A stretch of 38,344 bases of DNA from Dehalococcoides mccartyi (GTDB lineage: Bacteria > Chloroflexota > Dehalococcoidia > UBA2979), in assembly GCA_945888895.1 (NCBI GenBank), contig CAMDAY010000002.1:1-38344 (forward strand). The letters run 5' to 3'. The notes under the pieces were generated by a model, which was given only the letters and a program-made list of their open reading frames with translations, did no database searches and was not told the DNA's origin. Shown in pieces: positions 28,096 through 38,294 of this stretch. Positions within the stretch are counted from its first letter, which is position 1. Each line of letters opens with the position of its first letter. The position numbers were made by a program, and so were the translations under genes.

Positions 28096-28799
28096 GCGCT
28101 CGCTCGTTTTCGGTGTTGCCTGTTCCCGGGGGCCGTTGGGGGCTCTACACCCAACAGTTCCACCCCCTTCCCTTGCCCTGCGCGGAGCGCTGTTCTGGGG
28201 GAGATAGTCGAAGGGGGCAGGGGGATGGTCTGGTCCGGTGCGGCGGTGCGCAGCGACATCGCGAGGTCGGCAAGCACCTCCGCCGTCTCGCCGTGGTACG
28301 CGGCAGCGCGCCCCGACGGCGAGGGCATCACCCACACCTCGGCGCCCTCGAGGGGCGGCACGTCCTGGCGGCCCCACGCGCGGGCGCGCCACGCGCGCGG
28401 GTAGTTCGCGGTGAAGCCGCGCGTCGTCGTGAAGCACACCGCCCGAGGCTGCGCGGCAGCGATGCGTACGCGGAACGCGGGGACGGACTCGCGCAGCTCG
28501 GCGTCGGTGATGCCCGTCGAGTCGGTGAGGACGCGCTTCACCACGTCCGTGAGGCCGATGCGGAACGGGCCGATGCCGCGCTCGGGCGCCTCGTGCAGGA
28601 CGGCGTCGTCCTCGGGCGTGACGTCGAGGTCGACGAGCGGGGAGGCGGAGAGCACGCGCCAGAAGGCGTTGCCGGGGTGCGCGTAGTAGTGGCCGCGCTG
28701 AGCCGAACGTTCCCCCGGGTTGATGCCGACGAACACGAGGTCGAGGCCGGGGACGAGCAGGTCGGGCAGCGTGCGCGCCTCGTCCGGTGCGGGAGCCAT
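28092..28799 (-). CDS. mug: G/U mismatch-specific DNA glycosylase (UDG family 2, Mug/TDG type) with a repeat-encoded C-terminal extension
   Basis: Start at ATG 28799 (MAPAPDEARTLPDLL). LVFVGINPGERSAQRGHYYAHPGNAFWRVL parallels the E. coli Mug GINPG...FAHPANRFW motif, and VMPSPSGRAA parallels PNPSG. The ORF continues about 55 aa past the usual end, through repeat sequence. Confidence 0.8.
   Translation of the reverse strand: MAPAPDEARTLPDLLVPGLDLVFVGINPGERSAQRGHYYAHPGNAFWRVLSASPLVDLDVTPEDDAVLHEAPERGIGPFRIGLTDVVKRVLTDSTGITDAELRESVPAFRVRIAAAQPRAVCFTTTRGFTANYPRAWRARAWGRQDVPPLEGAEVWVMPSPSGRAAAYHGETAEVLADLAMSLRTAAPDQTIPLPPSTISPRTALRAGQGKGVELLGVEPPTAPGNRQHRKRASA
28161..28229 (-). repeat. Solo MITE terminal-repeat copy (long-loop variant) embedded in the mug 3' end
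   Basis: ccacccccttcccttgccctgcgcggagcgctgttctgggggagatagtcgaagggggcagggggatgg is the reverse complement of the copy-1 left TIR variant (3520-3590, ...cccccttccgtgcttccacgcagaacagcgctccgcgcggggctcgggaaggggg). Confidence 0.75.
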
Positions 28800-28807
28800 C
28801 AGCGCGA

Positions 28808-29371
28808 TCACAGCCCCAGCTTGGTCCACGCGACGGTCGGCTCGCCGAGCACCACGCCCAGCCACAGGATGATCAGCGACGTGCCGAGGATGAAGATCGA
28901 GAACCCGAACGACTTCTGGCGCGCGCGCTCCAGCTCGCTGCGCAGCTCTTTCACCTCGTCAGAGCGCTTGGAGAACGGGTCCTCCTCCGCGGCGATCACC
29001 TGGTCCGAGAGCGCGCTGATGCGACGGCCGTACCGGAACATGTGGATGTAGATGAGGATGAGCAGGATCGTGAACATCAGCATCTTCAACGAGAAGATGG
29101 TGCCGAAGAGATAGTCCTCGGGCGCGGCGCGGACGCTCTCCGGTACGGTCGTGTAGTACTGGAACAGCCCGGTCACCAGCAGTGTGACGAGCGAGATGCC
29201 CGCGAGCATCCCGAAGCGAGCGGCGATTACGCGTGTGATCGCACGCTTCAGCTTCTCGTCATCCTCGATGATCCACGTAGCCGGGATGACGGCGAAGAAC
29301 ATTAGTATCTGCGGGCCGATGAGGGTGGCCGCGGCCGTGACGTGGATCGCGATCGAGATGGCACCCATCAT
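28808..29371 (-). CDS. Integral membrane protein (4-5 TM), unknown function
   Basis: 187 aa. Hydrophobic helices separated by a charged amphipathic segment (SDQVIAAEEDPFSKRSDEVKELRSELERARQK). Its stop is 9 nt upstream of the mug start, giving the operon membrane protein-mug-Zn-ribbon protein. Confidence 0.55.
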   Translation of the reverse strand: MMGAISIAIHVTAAATLIGPQILMFFAVIPATWIIEDDEKLKRAITRVIAARFGMLAGISLVTLLVTGLFQYYTTVPESVRAAPEDYLFGTIFSLKMLMFTILLILIYIHMFRYGRRISALSDQVIAAEEDPFSKRSDEVKELRSELERARQKSFGFSIFILGTSLIILWLGVVLGEPTVAWTKLGL

Positions 29372-29453
29372 CGCTGTTCCCCATTTCTCTCCGGGCTCAT
29401 GCCGGTATGCCCGGCTGCGCCTCAGAATTCGGCTTCGACCTGCGGGCTTCGAG

Positions 29454-31642
<2,189 letters not shown>

Positions 31643-31702
31643 CCGTCGAGGGACGCGCGTTCGCATGGGCGGAGCCGGGCGGGCGGTTGTCTGACCCCGC
31701 AC

Positions 31703-31999
31703 GGTTCAGGTGGCAGCGTGGGGCGGCCCACCCCTACCCCTCCCGCGCAGGGAGGGGTTCTGAGAAGAGGAACCAAGTGTGAGGAGCTGCGCCGCTCGCA
31801 CTCCCGGCGGAACTTGAGGTGGTCGCGTCAGGTTGGTGCGAGTGATTCGAACCCGCGGGCCCAGAGGCGGTGCCATACGCGCGTTCCTATTCGCGATCCG
31901 AAGTCGGGATCCTCAAAGGGCGAAGCCCTTTGAACTTCATCCCCCTTCCCGCGCAGGGAAGGGGGCAGGGGGATGGGCCGCCTCACGGTTGAACCTCGA
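31703..31999. mobile_element. MITE-like composite repeat, copy 4 (about 295 bp, internal modules inverted relative to copies 1-3)
   Basis: Left end GGTTCAGGTGGCAGCGTGGGGCGGCCCACCCCTACCCCTCCCGCGCAGGGAGGGG. Right end CCCCCTTCCCGCGCAGGGAAGGGGGCAGGGGGATGGGCCGCCTCACGGTTGAACCTCGA. Internal GGAACCAAGTGTGAGGAGCTGCGCCGCTCGCACTCCCGGCGGAAC and GGTGCGAGTGATTCGAACC are reverse complements of modules in copies 1-3. Confidence 0.8.
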
Positions 32000-32031
32000 T
32001 CGTTCGAGGTAAGACAACCGCCCGCTCGCTC

Positions 32032-32943
32032 CTACTGCACACCCTCGCGGATGGCGATGGCGATGGCGATGGCGTTGGCGTACGCGACCAGCGCGCGGGC
32101 GCGGCGGACGGTTCGACGGTCGACGAGACGGTCGTAGGTCGCGGCCTCGGGCATCTCGCCGGCGACGACGCCCACCCACTCGTCGCGGGCGCGCACTGCC
32201 TCCCATTCGTTGAGGGTGGCGCGCGCGACGGCGACCTCGATCGGGTCGGGGGTGAAGAGCGCGTTCATCGCGGCGACCTCGTCCTCCTCGCGCACGGTCG
32301 CGCCCGCCGCGCCGAAGTCGTGCGCGCGCTGCGGGAGCGTCGAGGTCTCCGGTCGGTGGTGCATCGTCGCGACGATCCAGGGGAGCCTCGCCGTGTGCGC
32401 CGCCACCGCGAGGTCTGCCATCGCGTGGTCATACAACGTGCCCGCGCGGTCGCCGAGGCGCATGTCATCGCGCAGTCCGTCGATCGACAGTGCGACGGCG
32501 CTGTGCCGGTCGACGGCGTTCAGGATCCGCACGAGGTGTCCCAGGCCCTCGGCAGAGTCGATCTCCGGGATGAGGCGGATGCTGCCGGGGTCGATGCCCG
32601 CGCGCATCTCGCGCTTGCGGATCGCCACGTCGGCGTCGCGCGCGTCCTGCGGTGCCTCCGTGCCCGACAGCACGATCGCGGCCGGGCGGGCGGCGACGAT
32701 GGCGTCGAGGTCGCCCTCGAGCTGTCCGGAGCGCGCGTCCGAGACGCGGACGTGCACGGGCCTGCCGGTCGATGCGATCGCAAGGATCGCGGCTGCGGCG
32801 TCGTCGCGTGCCTTCGTGCGGTGCCCGTGCGCCATCGGCGAGGCGAGGTCGATGGTGACCGCGTCCGCGGCGGATCGAGGCGCGGCGGCCAGCGCCGTCG
32901 AGTCCAGTGCGTCGATCACGAGAGTGCTGCGTAGTGCGAGCAT
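32032..32943 (-). CDS. HpcH/HpaI aldolase / citrate lyase beta-subunit (CitE)-like protein
   Basis: 303 aa. Overall CitE-like layout (RSTLVIDAL...ADAVTIDL..., IPEIDSAEGL, ALSIDGLRDDMRLG). The usual DLED metal/substrate motif reads DLAS here. The C-terminus carries an (AI)4 repeat. Confidence 0.65.
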   Translation of the reverse strand: MLALRSTLVIDALDSTALAAAPRSAADAVTIDLASPMAHGHRTKARDDAAAAILAIASTGRPVHVRVSDARSGQLEGDLDAIVAARPAAIVLSGTEAPQDARDADVAIRKREMRAGIDPGSIRLIPEIDSAEGLGHLVRILNAVDRHSAVALSIDGLRDDMRLGDRAGTLYDHAMADLAVAAHTARLPWIVATMHHRPETSTLPQRAHDFGAAGATVREEDEVAAMNALFTPDPIEVAVARATLNEWEAVRARDEWVGVVAGEMPEAATYDRLVDRRTVRRARALVAYANAIAIAIAIREGVQ

Positions 32944-32996
32944 GAGTGGTTCCTTCTAATTCGCCGTGCCCTCGGAGCCCGAAGGTCGGCGCGGGC

Positions 32997-33020
32997 GGCG
33001 CGGGTATCCCGCGCGTCGAG
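32997..33020. repeat. 24-nt palindrome-containing motif GGCGCGGGTATCCCGCGCGTCGAG
   Basis: Exact reverse complement of 38226-38249 (CTCGACGCGCGGGATACCCGCGCC). The core GCGCGGG-TAT-CCCGCGC is a perfect hairpin/palindrome. Lies in the spacer upstream of the citE-like gene. Confidence 0.7.
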
Positions 33021-33069
33021 CCCGCAAGAATACGGCAGACTATCGCACTCGCCCCGAGCGCGGTCGAGG

Positions 33070-33786
33070 CTAGACTGTCTCGTCCTCGCCGAGTGGCGCG
33101 CCCGCCTCGATGTCCTCGAGGAAACGCAGCACCGCCGCGTTCCAGGCGTCGGGTCGCTGCCCGCTGGTGCCGTGCGAGCAGCCGTGCAGTCGCACCACGC
33201 GGCGTCGAGGGAGGCCACCCGACGGTCCGGTCATCCTCGGCAGACCGTCGAGGATGCGGTCGTCCCGGTCACCGACGATCAGCAGCGCCGGCATCGCCAG
33301 CCCCGGCAGCGCCGAGGTGAGGTCGGGCCGCGCCACCATCGCGAGGCGGGCGCCGTCGATGCCTGGGTCGCCGGTGAAGCCCACCTCGGCGATCGGGCCG
33401 TCGCCGCGCGTCACGCTGTCACTGAGGATCAGCGCGGTGGTGTCCGCCGGGTGGTCGACCGCGTACTGGAGCGCGATCATCCCGCCGAACGACATTCCGC
33501 CGATCACTGCGCCCTCGACGGCATCGAGGCCATCGAGCAGCCCGCGCAGGTCGGCGGCGAGTCCGGGCATGTCGTACGACGCGACGTCGGTGGGGGCCGA
33601 GGAGCCGCCGTGGCCTCGGGCGTCCCAGGTGATCAGGCGGTGCCGCTCGGACAGGCCGCGCATCTGCGGCATCCACATCTCCAGCGACACGCCGAAGCCG
33701 TGCGCGAGGACGACCGTCCGTCCGTCTCGCGGCCCGCGATCGTCGTAGCGGATGCGGATGCCCGAGGGCAGGTCGAGCGACGGCAT
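33070..33786 (-). CDS. Alpha/beta hydrolase fold protein
   Basis: 238 aa. Oxyanion HG motif VVLAHGFG, nucleophile elbow GMSFGG, and a C-terminal H (GCSHG). Confidence 0.8.
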   Translation of the reverse strand: MPSLDLPSGIRIRYDDRGPRDGRTVVLAHGFGVSLEMWMPQMRGLSERHRLITWDARGHGGSSAPTDVASYDMPGLAADLRGLLDGLDAVEGAVIGGMSFGGMIALQYAVDHPADTTALILSDSVTRGDGPIAEVGFTGDPGIDGARLAMVARPDLTSALPGLAMPALLIVGDRDDRILDGLPRMTGPSGGLPRRRVVRLHGCSHGTSGQRPDAWNAAVLRFLEDIEAGAPLGEDETV

Positions 33787-33829
33787 CCGCTTCTCCTGTC
33801 AGCAGGCGCCTTCGGCGAGGGCCTGCGAC

Positions 33830-35104
33830 CTAGCCGCCCGCGAGGATCGCGTCGAGCCGGTCTGCCGAGGCCGACGGCCCGACGACGGCGAGCGAGTACT
33901 TTCGCTCGCCGAAGACCCGGCGCGCGACGCGCTGGATGTCCATGGCGCTCACGGCGCGCAGCCGCTCCACCGTCACGTCTGGCGGCTCGATCGCGTTGTC
34001 CATCAGCAGCTGGGTGCCTCGACGCTGCCCGAGGGCCATCGGCGTCTCGAGGGCGAGGCGGAACGAGCCGGTGGCGTACTCCTTGGTGCGCTCGAGCTCC
34101 TCGTCGCCCATCGGCTCATCGACCAGGCGCTGGAGCTCTGCGGTGATCACCTGCAGCGCCTCCTCCTGGTGCTCGCGCGTCACCCCCGCGCTCACGTTGA
34201 CGGTGCCGATGTCCATGTACCGCGACGAGCCCGAGGACACGGAGTACGCCAGCCCACGGCGCTCGCGCACCTCCGTGAACAGCCGGGACGACATACCTCG
34301 ACCGAGCGCGGTGTTCATGATGTCCAGGGCGTAGCGATCCGCATCGTGCCGCCCGACGCCGGGCGCGGACAGCGCGAGGTTCGTCTGCTCGATCTCGCGC
34401 TGCTCGATCAGCACGTGCTCGTCCGGGCGTGCCGAGGTCGCAGCGTCGAAGTTGGCAGTGTGGCCGCCGCCGAGCGTCCCGAACTCGCGCTCGACCAGGT
34501 CGCGCACCTGCGCGGGGTCGATGTTGCCCGCGACGGAGAGCACCGCGTTCGAGGCGTTGTAGAAGTTCGCCATGTGGTCGATGAAGTCGACGCGCTGCAT
34601 CCCCTGCACCGTCTCGATGCTGCCCGCGATCGGCCAGCCCACCGGCTGGTCGCCGTAGGCCGCCGTCGACAGCAGCTCACCCACGTACGCGCCCGGCGAG
34701 TCGTGCGACCGCCGGATCTCCTGCTGCACCACGGTGCGCTCGCGCTCGACCTCCTCGGGCGCGAGCAGCGAGTGCTGCAGCGAGTCCGCGAGGACGGAGA
34801 TGCCCGTCTCGACGCGCTCGTACGGCAGGTTGTTCCAGTAGCAGGTGACCTCTTTCGTCGTGAAGGCGTTCAGCCCACCGCCCGCGCCCTCGATCGCCAT
34901 GGAGATCTGCGCCGCCGTCGGCATCTTCTCTGTGCCCTTGAACAGCATGTGCTCGATGTAGTGCGACAGCCCGTTCGTCCTCGGGTTCTCGTCCCGCGAC
35001 CCGACCCGCACGAAGAACGACGTGGCGGCGGACTGCGCCGTGGGGATCACGGTCATCACCACCCGCAGCCCGTTCGGCAGCGTGAAGATCTCGGGTTCGT
35101 TCAC
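33830..35104 (-). CDS. M16 family zinc metallopeptidase (pitrilysin-like)
   Basis: 424 aa. Inverted zinc motif HxxEH (GLSHYIEHMLFKGT), EVTCYW and the downstream E of the M16 signature. Confidence 0.85.
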   Translation of the reverse strand: MNEPEIFTLPNGLRVVMTVIPTAQSAATSFFVRVGSRDENPRTNGLSHYIEHMLFKGTEKMPTAAQISMAIEGAGGGLNAFTTKEVTCYWNNLPYERVETGISVLADSLQHSLLAPEEVERERTVVQQEIRRSHDSPGAYVGELLSTAAYGDQPVGWPIAGSIETVQGMQRVDFIDHMANFYNASNAVLSVAGNIDPAQVRDLVEREFGTLGGGHTANFDAATSARPDEHVLIEQREIEQTNLALSAPGVGRHDADRYALDIMNTALGRGMSSRLFTEVRERRGLAYSVSSGSSRYMDIGTVNVSAGVTREHQEEALQVITAELQRLVDEPMGDEELERTKEYATGSFRLALETPMALGQRRGTQLLMDNAIEPPDVTVERLRAVSAMDIQRVARRVFGERKYSLAVVGPSASADRLDAILAGG

Positions 35105-35206
35105 GGGTCACCTGTCTCTCGTGGGCCGTCGCGGTCGGCCTCCAGCCTAGGCACGCCTTCCTCGGCGAGGCAATGTGCTCAGGAGCGAACCCCGGATCGC
35201 CCCGGT

Positions 35207-35235
35207 TCGACACCCCTCGCGTCCGTCCGTAAGAT
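35207..35235 (+). promoter_or_regulatory. Candidate sigma-70-type promoter of pyrG
   Basis: -35 TCGACA (35207-35212), 17-nt spacer, -10 TAAGAT (35230-35235), about 37 nt upstream of the pyrG ATG. The -10 context GTAAGATGG is identical to that upstream of gyrB. Confidence 0.45.
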
Positions 35236-35271
35236 GGGACAAACCGGGCGTCTCCCCCAGGCGTATACCCC

Positions 35272-36927
35272 ATGACTTCCTACATCTTTGTGACTGGCGG
35301 CGTGGTCTCTTCTGTCGGGAAGGGCATCGTCACCGCCTCGCTTGGCCGCATCCTGAAGGCCCGCGGGCTGCAGGTGTCCATCCTCAAGCTGGACCCCTAC
35401 ATCAACGTGGACCCCGGGACGATGTCGCCCTACCAGCACGGCGAGGTCTTCGTGACCGACGACGGCGCTGAGACCGACCTCGACCTCGGGCACTACGAGC
35501 GGTTCATCGACATCGACCTGACGAAGGGCAACTCCACCTCCTCCGGGCAGGTTTACGAGGAAGTCATTCGCAAGGAGCGTCGAGGCGACTACCTCGGCGG
35601 GACGATCCAGGCGATCCCGCACGTCACCAACGAGATCAAGCGCCGCATCCGCGCCGCCGGCTCCGCCCTCAAGGCGGACGTCGTGGTTGTCGAGGTGGGC
35701 GGCACGGTCGGCGACATCGAGAGCCAGCCGTTCCTCGAGGCGATCAGCCAGATGCGCTACTCGGCGCCCAAGGACGAGACGCTCTCCATCCACGTCACGC
35801 TGCTCCCGTACATCGGTGCGACGCACGAGCTGAAGACGAAGCCGACGCAGCACTCCGTGCGCGAGCTCCGCGCCTTCGGCATCCAGCCCGACATGATCAT
35901 CGCGCGCTCCGACTTCCCGGTGCCGGAGTCGCTCCGCGAGAAGATCGCGCTTTTCTGCAATGTCCAGCGCGAGGCCGTGATCGCGCTCCAGACCGCCGAC
36001 TCCATCTACGAAGTCCCGCTGATCCTCGAGCGGTCCGGCCTCGGCAAGTTCGTGACCGAGGCGCTCGGCCTGGGTGAGGTCGTGCCCGACCTCGACGAGT
36101 GGACGCGGTTCGTCGAGCGGCTCCAGGCGCCGAAGCGCGCCGCCCGCATCGGTATCGTCGGCAAGTACGTCGAGCTGCACGACGCGTACCTCTCGATCAA
36201 GGAGGCGCTCGTCCATGCCGGCGTCCACCACGAGGCCGAGCTGGACCTCCGCTGGATCCACGCCGAGGACCTCGAGGTGAACAGCGCCGCGCAGGTGATC
36301 GGCGACGTGGACGGCGTGATGCTGTGCCCCGGCTTCGGCGACCGCGGGCTCGAGGGCAAGATCCAGGCGGTCCAGTACGCCCGGGAGCGGAAGATCCCGT
36401 ACCTCGGCGACTGCCTCGGCCTCCAGATGCTCGTCGTCGAGTTCGCGCGCAACGTCGCGGGGCTGCCGGAGGCGAACACCACCGAGGCCGACCCGAAGAC
36501 CCCGTTCCCCGTGATCTCGCTGCTCTCCGAGCAGCAGCAGGTCCACGAGCTGGGCGGCACGATGCGCCTCGGCGGGTACGACTGCGCGCTGGTGCCCGGC
36601 ACCCGCGCCGCCGCCGCCTACGGCACCGAGATCGCCCGCGAGCGTCACCGCCACCGCTACGAGGTGAACAACGCGCTGCTGCCGCAGCTGGAGCGCGCGG
36701 GCCTCGTGGTCGCCGGGCGCGACACGGAGAGCGGCCTCGTGGAGATCGTGGAGCTGAAGGACCACCCGTTCATGGTGGGCGCGCAGTTCCACCCGGAGTT
36801 CACCAGCCGCCCGAACCGCCCCAACGCGCTGTTCCGCGAGTTCGTCGGCGCCGCCTGCGACCGCGCCGAGCTGCGACTGGCCCTCGAGGCCGAGGCTACC
36901 CCGGCTCCCGCCCCGAGTTCGATCTAG
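35272..36927 (+). CDS. pyrG: CTP synthase
   Basis: 551 aa. Contains MTSYIFVTGGVVSSVGKGI, KLDPYINVDPGTMSPYQHGEVFVT, the glutaminase domain GDCLGLQ and HRHRYEVN. Confidence 0.97.
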   Translation: MTSYIFVTGGVVSSVGKGIVTASLGRILKARGLQVSILKLDPYINVDPGTMSPYQHGEVFVTDDGAETDLDLGHYERFIDIDLTKGNSTSSGQVYEEVIRKERRGDYLGGTIQAIPHVTNEIKRRIRAAGSALKADVVVVEVGGTVGDIESQPFLEAISQMRYSAPKDETLSIHVTLLPYIGATHELKTKPTQHSVRELRAFGIQPDMIIARSDFPVPESLREKIALFCNVQREAVIALQTADSIYEVPLILERSGLGKFVTEALGLGEVVPDLDEWTRFVERLQAPKRAARIGIVGKYVELHDAYLSIKEALVHAGVHHEAELDLRWIHAEDLEVNSAAQVIGDVDGVMLCPGFGDRGLEGKIQAVQYARERKIPYLGDCLGLQMLVVEFARNVAGLPEANTTEADPKTPFPVISLLSEQQQVHELGGTMRLGGYDCALVPGTRAAAAYGTEIARERHRHRYEVNNALLPQLERAGLVVAGRDTESGLVEIVELKDHPFMVGAQFHPEFTSRPNRPNALFREFVGAACDRAELRLALEAEATPAPAPSSI

Positions 36928-36950
36928 TGCGGCACCCAGTGGACCAGGCG

Positions 36951-37077
36951 TCCCGCGACCTCCCGGAGCGCGGGCGGGGTATCCTCGCCTTCGCGCGCAA
37001 GGAGCACCAAAGAGTGGCCGAGACATCCCGCGACCTCCCGGAGCGCGGGGCGGGTATCCCGCCCTTCGCGCGCAAGT
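36951..37077 (+). repeat. Two direct copies of a structured motif of about 51 nt (75-nt period) immediately upstream of the next gene
   Basis: Unit 1 is 36951-37002 tcccgcgacctcccggagcgcgggcggggtatcctcgccttcgcgcgcaagg. Unit 2 is 37026-37077 tcccgcgacctcccggagcgcggggcgggtatcccgcccttcgcgcgcaagt. Each contains the hairpins CCCGCG-N11-CGCGGG and (in unit 2) GGCGGG-TATC-CCGCCC. Unit 2 ends 2 nt before the ATG at 37079. Confidence 0.75.
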
Positions 37078-37078
37078 A

Positions 37079-37546
37079 ATGGACTTCTGGCGGCTGACTC
37101 ACATCCTGTCCCTGTGCCTGATGATGGCCGGCGTCGGCGGCACGCTCGTGCCGATCTGGCGCGCGTGGGCGACCGAGGCGATCGAGCGGCGGGTCATGCT
37201 CCTCGAAGAGGCGCACCGCAACGAGACGCTGATGCTGCTGCCGGGCACGATCGCGCTGATGTTCACCGGCTACGCGTGGGCGACCGCCAGCGGGGTCAAC
37301 GTGATCGTCACGTGGTGGCTGGTAGCCTTGCAGGTGCTGACCATGGTCGACCTGTTCATCTTCATCCCGCTCATGGGCGTCGGCCTGCGGCGCGTGCGGT
37401 TCCTCGCCCTCGCGGCGCAGAAGCAGGGCGAGGTAACGCCGGAACTCAAGGACGCGATGGCAGACAACGTGCCGCTCGTCTTCAGTACGCTCATCGCGAT
37501 CACCATCCCGCTGATGGTCTGGCTGCCCGTCTTCAAGCCTTTCTAG
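37079..37546 (+). CDS. DUF2269-like integral membrane protein
   Basis: 155 aa with 4 TM helices (ILSLCLMMAGVGGTLV; LMLLPGTIALMFTGYAW; WWLVALQVLTMVDLFIFIPL; VFSTLIAITIPLMVWL). Layout resembles the DUF2269 family. Confidence 0.55.
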   Translation: MDFWRLTHILSLCLMMAGVGGTLVPIWRAWATEAIERRVMLLEEAHRNETLMLLPGTIALMFTGYAWATASGVNVIVTWWLVALQVLTMVDLFIFIPLMGVGLRRVRFLALAAQKQGEVTPELKDAMADNVPLVFSTLIAITIPLMVWLPVFKPF

Positions 37547-37573
37547 CTACCTCGTGCCGACCGGAGTACACCG

Positions 37574-38221
37574 ATGCAGATCTTCATGGACACCGCGAAC
37601 ATCGACGAGATCCGGCGCGGCGCCGCGCTCGGCGTCGTCGACGGCGTCACGACGAACCCTTCGCTCCTCGCCAAGGAGGGCGTCGAGTACCGCGACCGCG
37701 TGCTGGAGATCGCCTCGGTCGTCGATGGCCCGATCTCTGCCGAGTGCATCTCGACGGAGCTCGACCCGCTGCTGGCGGAGGCGCGCCGCATCGCCGCCTG
37801 GCACGAGAACGTCGTCGTGAAGATCCCGATGGGCGAGGTCGGCCTGCAGGCGATCCACCGGCTCTCCGCGGAGGGCATCAAGATCAACGTCACGCTGATC
37901 TTCTCCGCGAACCAGGCGCTGCTCGCCGCGAAGGCCGGCGCGACCTTCGTCTCGCCGTTCGTCGGTCGCCTCAACGACGGCGGCCAGGACGGCATGGCCG
38001 TCATCCGCGAGTCCGTCGAGATCTTCGAGAACTACGACCTCGACACGCAGGTGCTCGCCGCCAGCATCCGAGGCGCGCGTGACGTCACGGAGTGCGCGCT
38101 CGCCGGATCGCACGTCGCCACGATTCCCTCGGCAGTGCTCTTCCAGATGATGGGCCACCCGCTGACCGACAAGGGCATCGAGATCTTCCTCCGCGACGCG
38201 CAGAAGTACTCTGCTGTCTAA
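37574..38221 (+). CDS. fsa: Fructose-6-phosphate aldolase / transaldolase (type 3B)
   Basis: 215 aa. Contains MQIFMDTANIDEI, VDGVTTNPSL, VVKIP (Schiff-base Lys), INVTLIFS and FVSPFVGRL. Confidence 0.9.
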   Translation: MQIFMDTANIDEIRRGAALGVVDGVTTNPSLLAKEGVEYRDRVLEIASVVDGPISAECISTELDPLLAEARRIAAWHENVVVKIPMGEVGLQAIHRLSAEGIKINVTLIFSANQALLAAKAGATFVSPFVGRLNDGGQDGMAVIRESVEIFENYDLDTQVLAASIRGARDVTECALAGSHVATIPSAVLFQMMGHPLTDKGIEIFLRDAQKYSAV

Positions 38222-38225
38222 GCGC

Positions 38226-38294
38226 CTCGACGCGCGGGATACCCGCGCCGGGAAGGGGGCAGGGGGATGGGCCGCCTGCCGGTTGAACCTCGAC
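38226..38294 (+). repeat. 24-nt palindromic motif fused to a solo MITE terminal repeat
   Basis: CTCGACGCGCGGGATACCCGCGCC (38226-38249) followed by GGGAAGGGGGCAGGGGGATGGGCCGCCTGCCGGTTGAACCTCGAC (38250-38294). The latter matches the right TIRs of copies 3 and 4. Confidence 0.75.

Noticed and set aside
27520-28437. 305-aa version of the Zn-ribbon membrane protein.
   Set aside because: Its N-terminal 114 aa overlap the mug coding region and the embedded repeat and are Arg/Gly/Pro-rich. The GTG at 28095, which overlaps the mug stop, gives a compact 191-aa protein.
31843-31862. tRNA-like 'GATTCGAACCC' inside MITE copy 4 (GGTGCGAATC-CTCGCACC in the other copies), considered as a tRNA gene or tRNA-derived SINE.
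   Set aside because: No cloverleaf can be folded around it. There is no acceptor stem, D-arm or anticodon arm, and the T-loop consensus GGTTCGAATCC is only partly matched and not conserved among copies.
36951-37077. Possible mini-CRISPR array (direct repeats with a spacer).
   Set aside because: Only two units are present, with a 24-nt 'spacer' and imperfect 51-nt repeats. No cas genes are nearby and the repeats abut a start codon. A regulatory or REP-like element explains this better.
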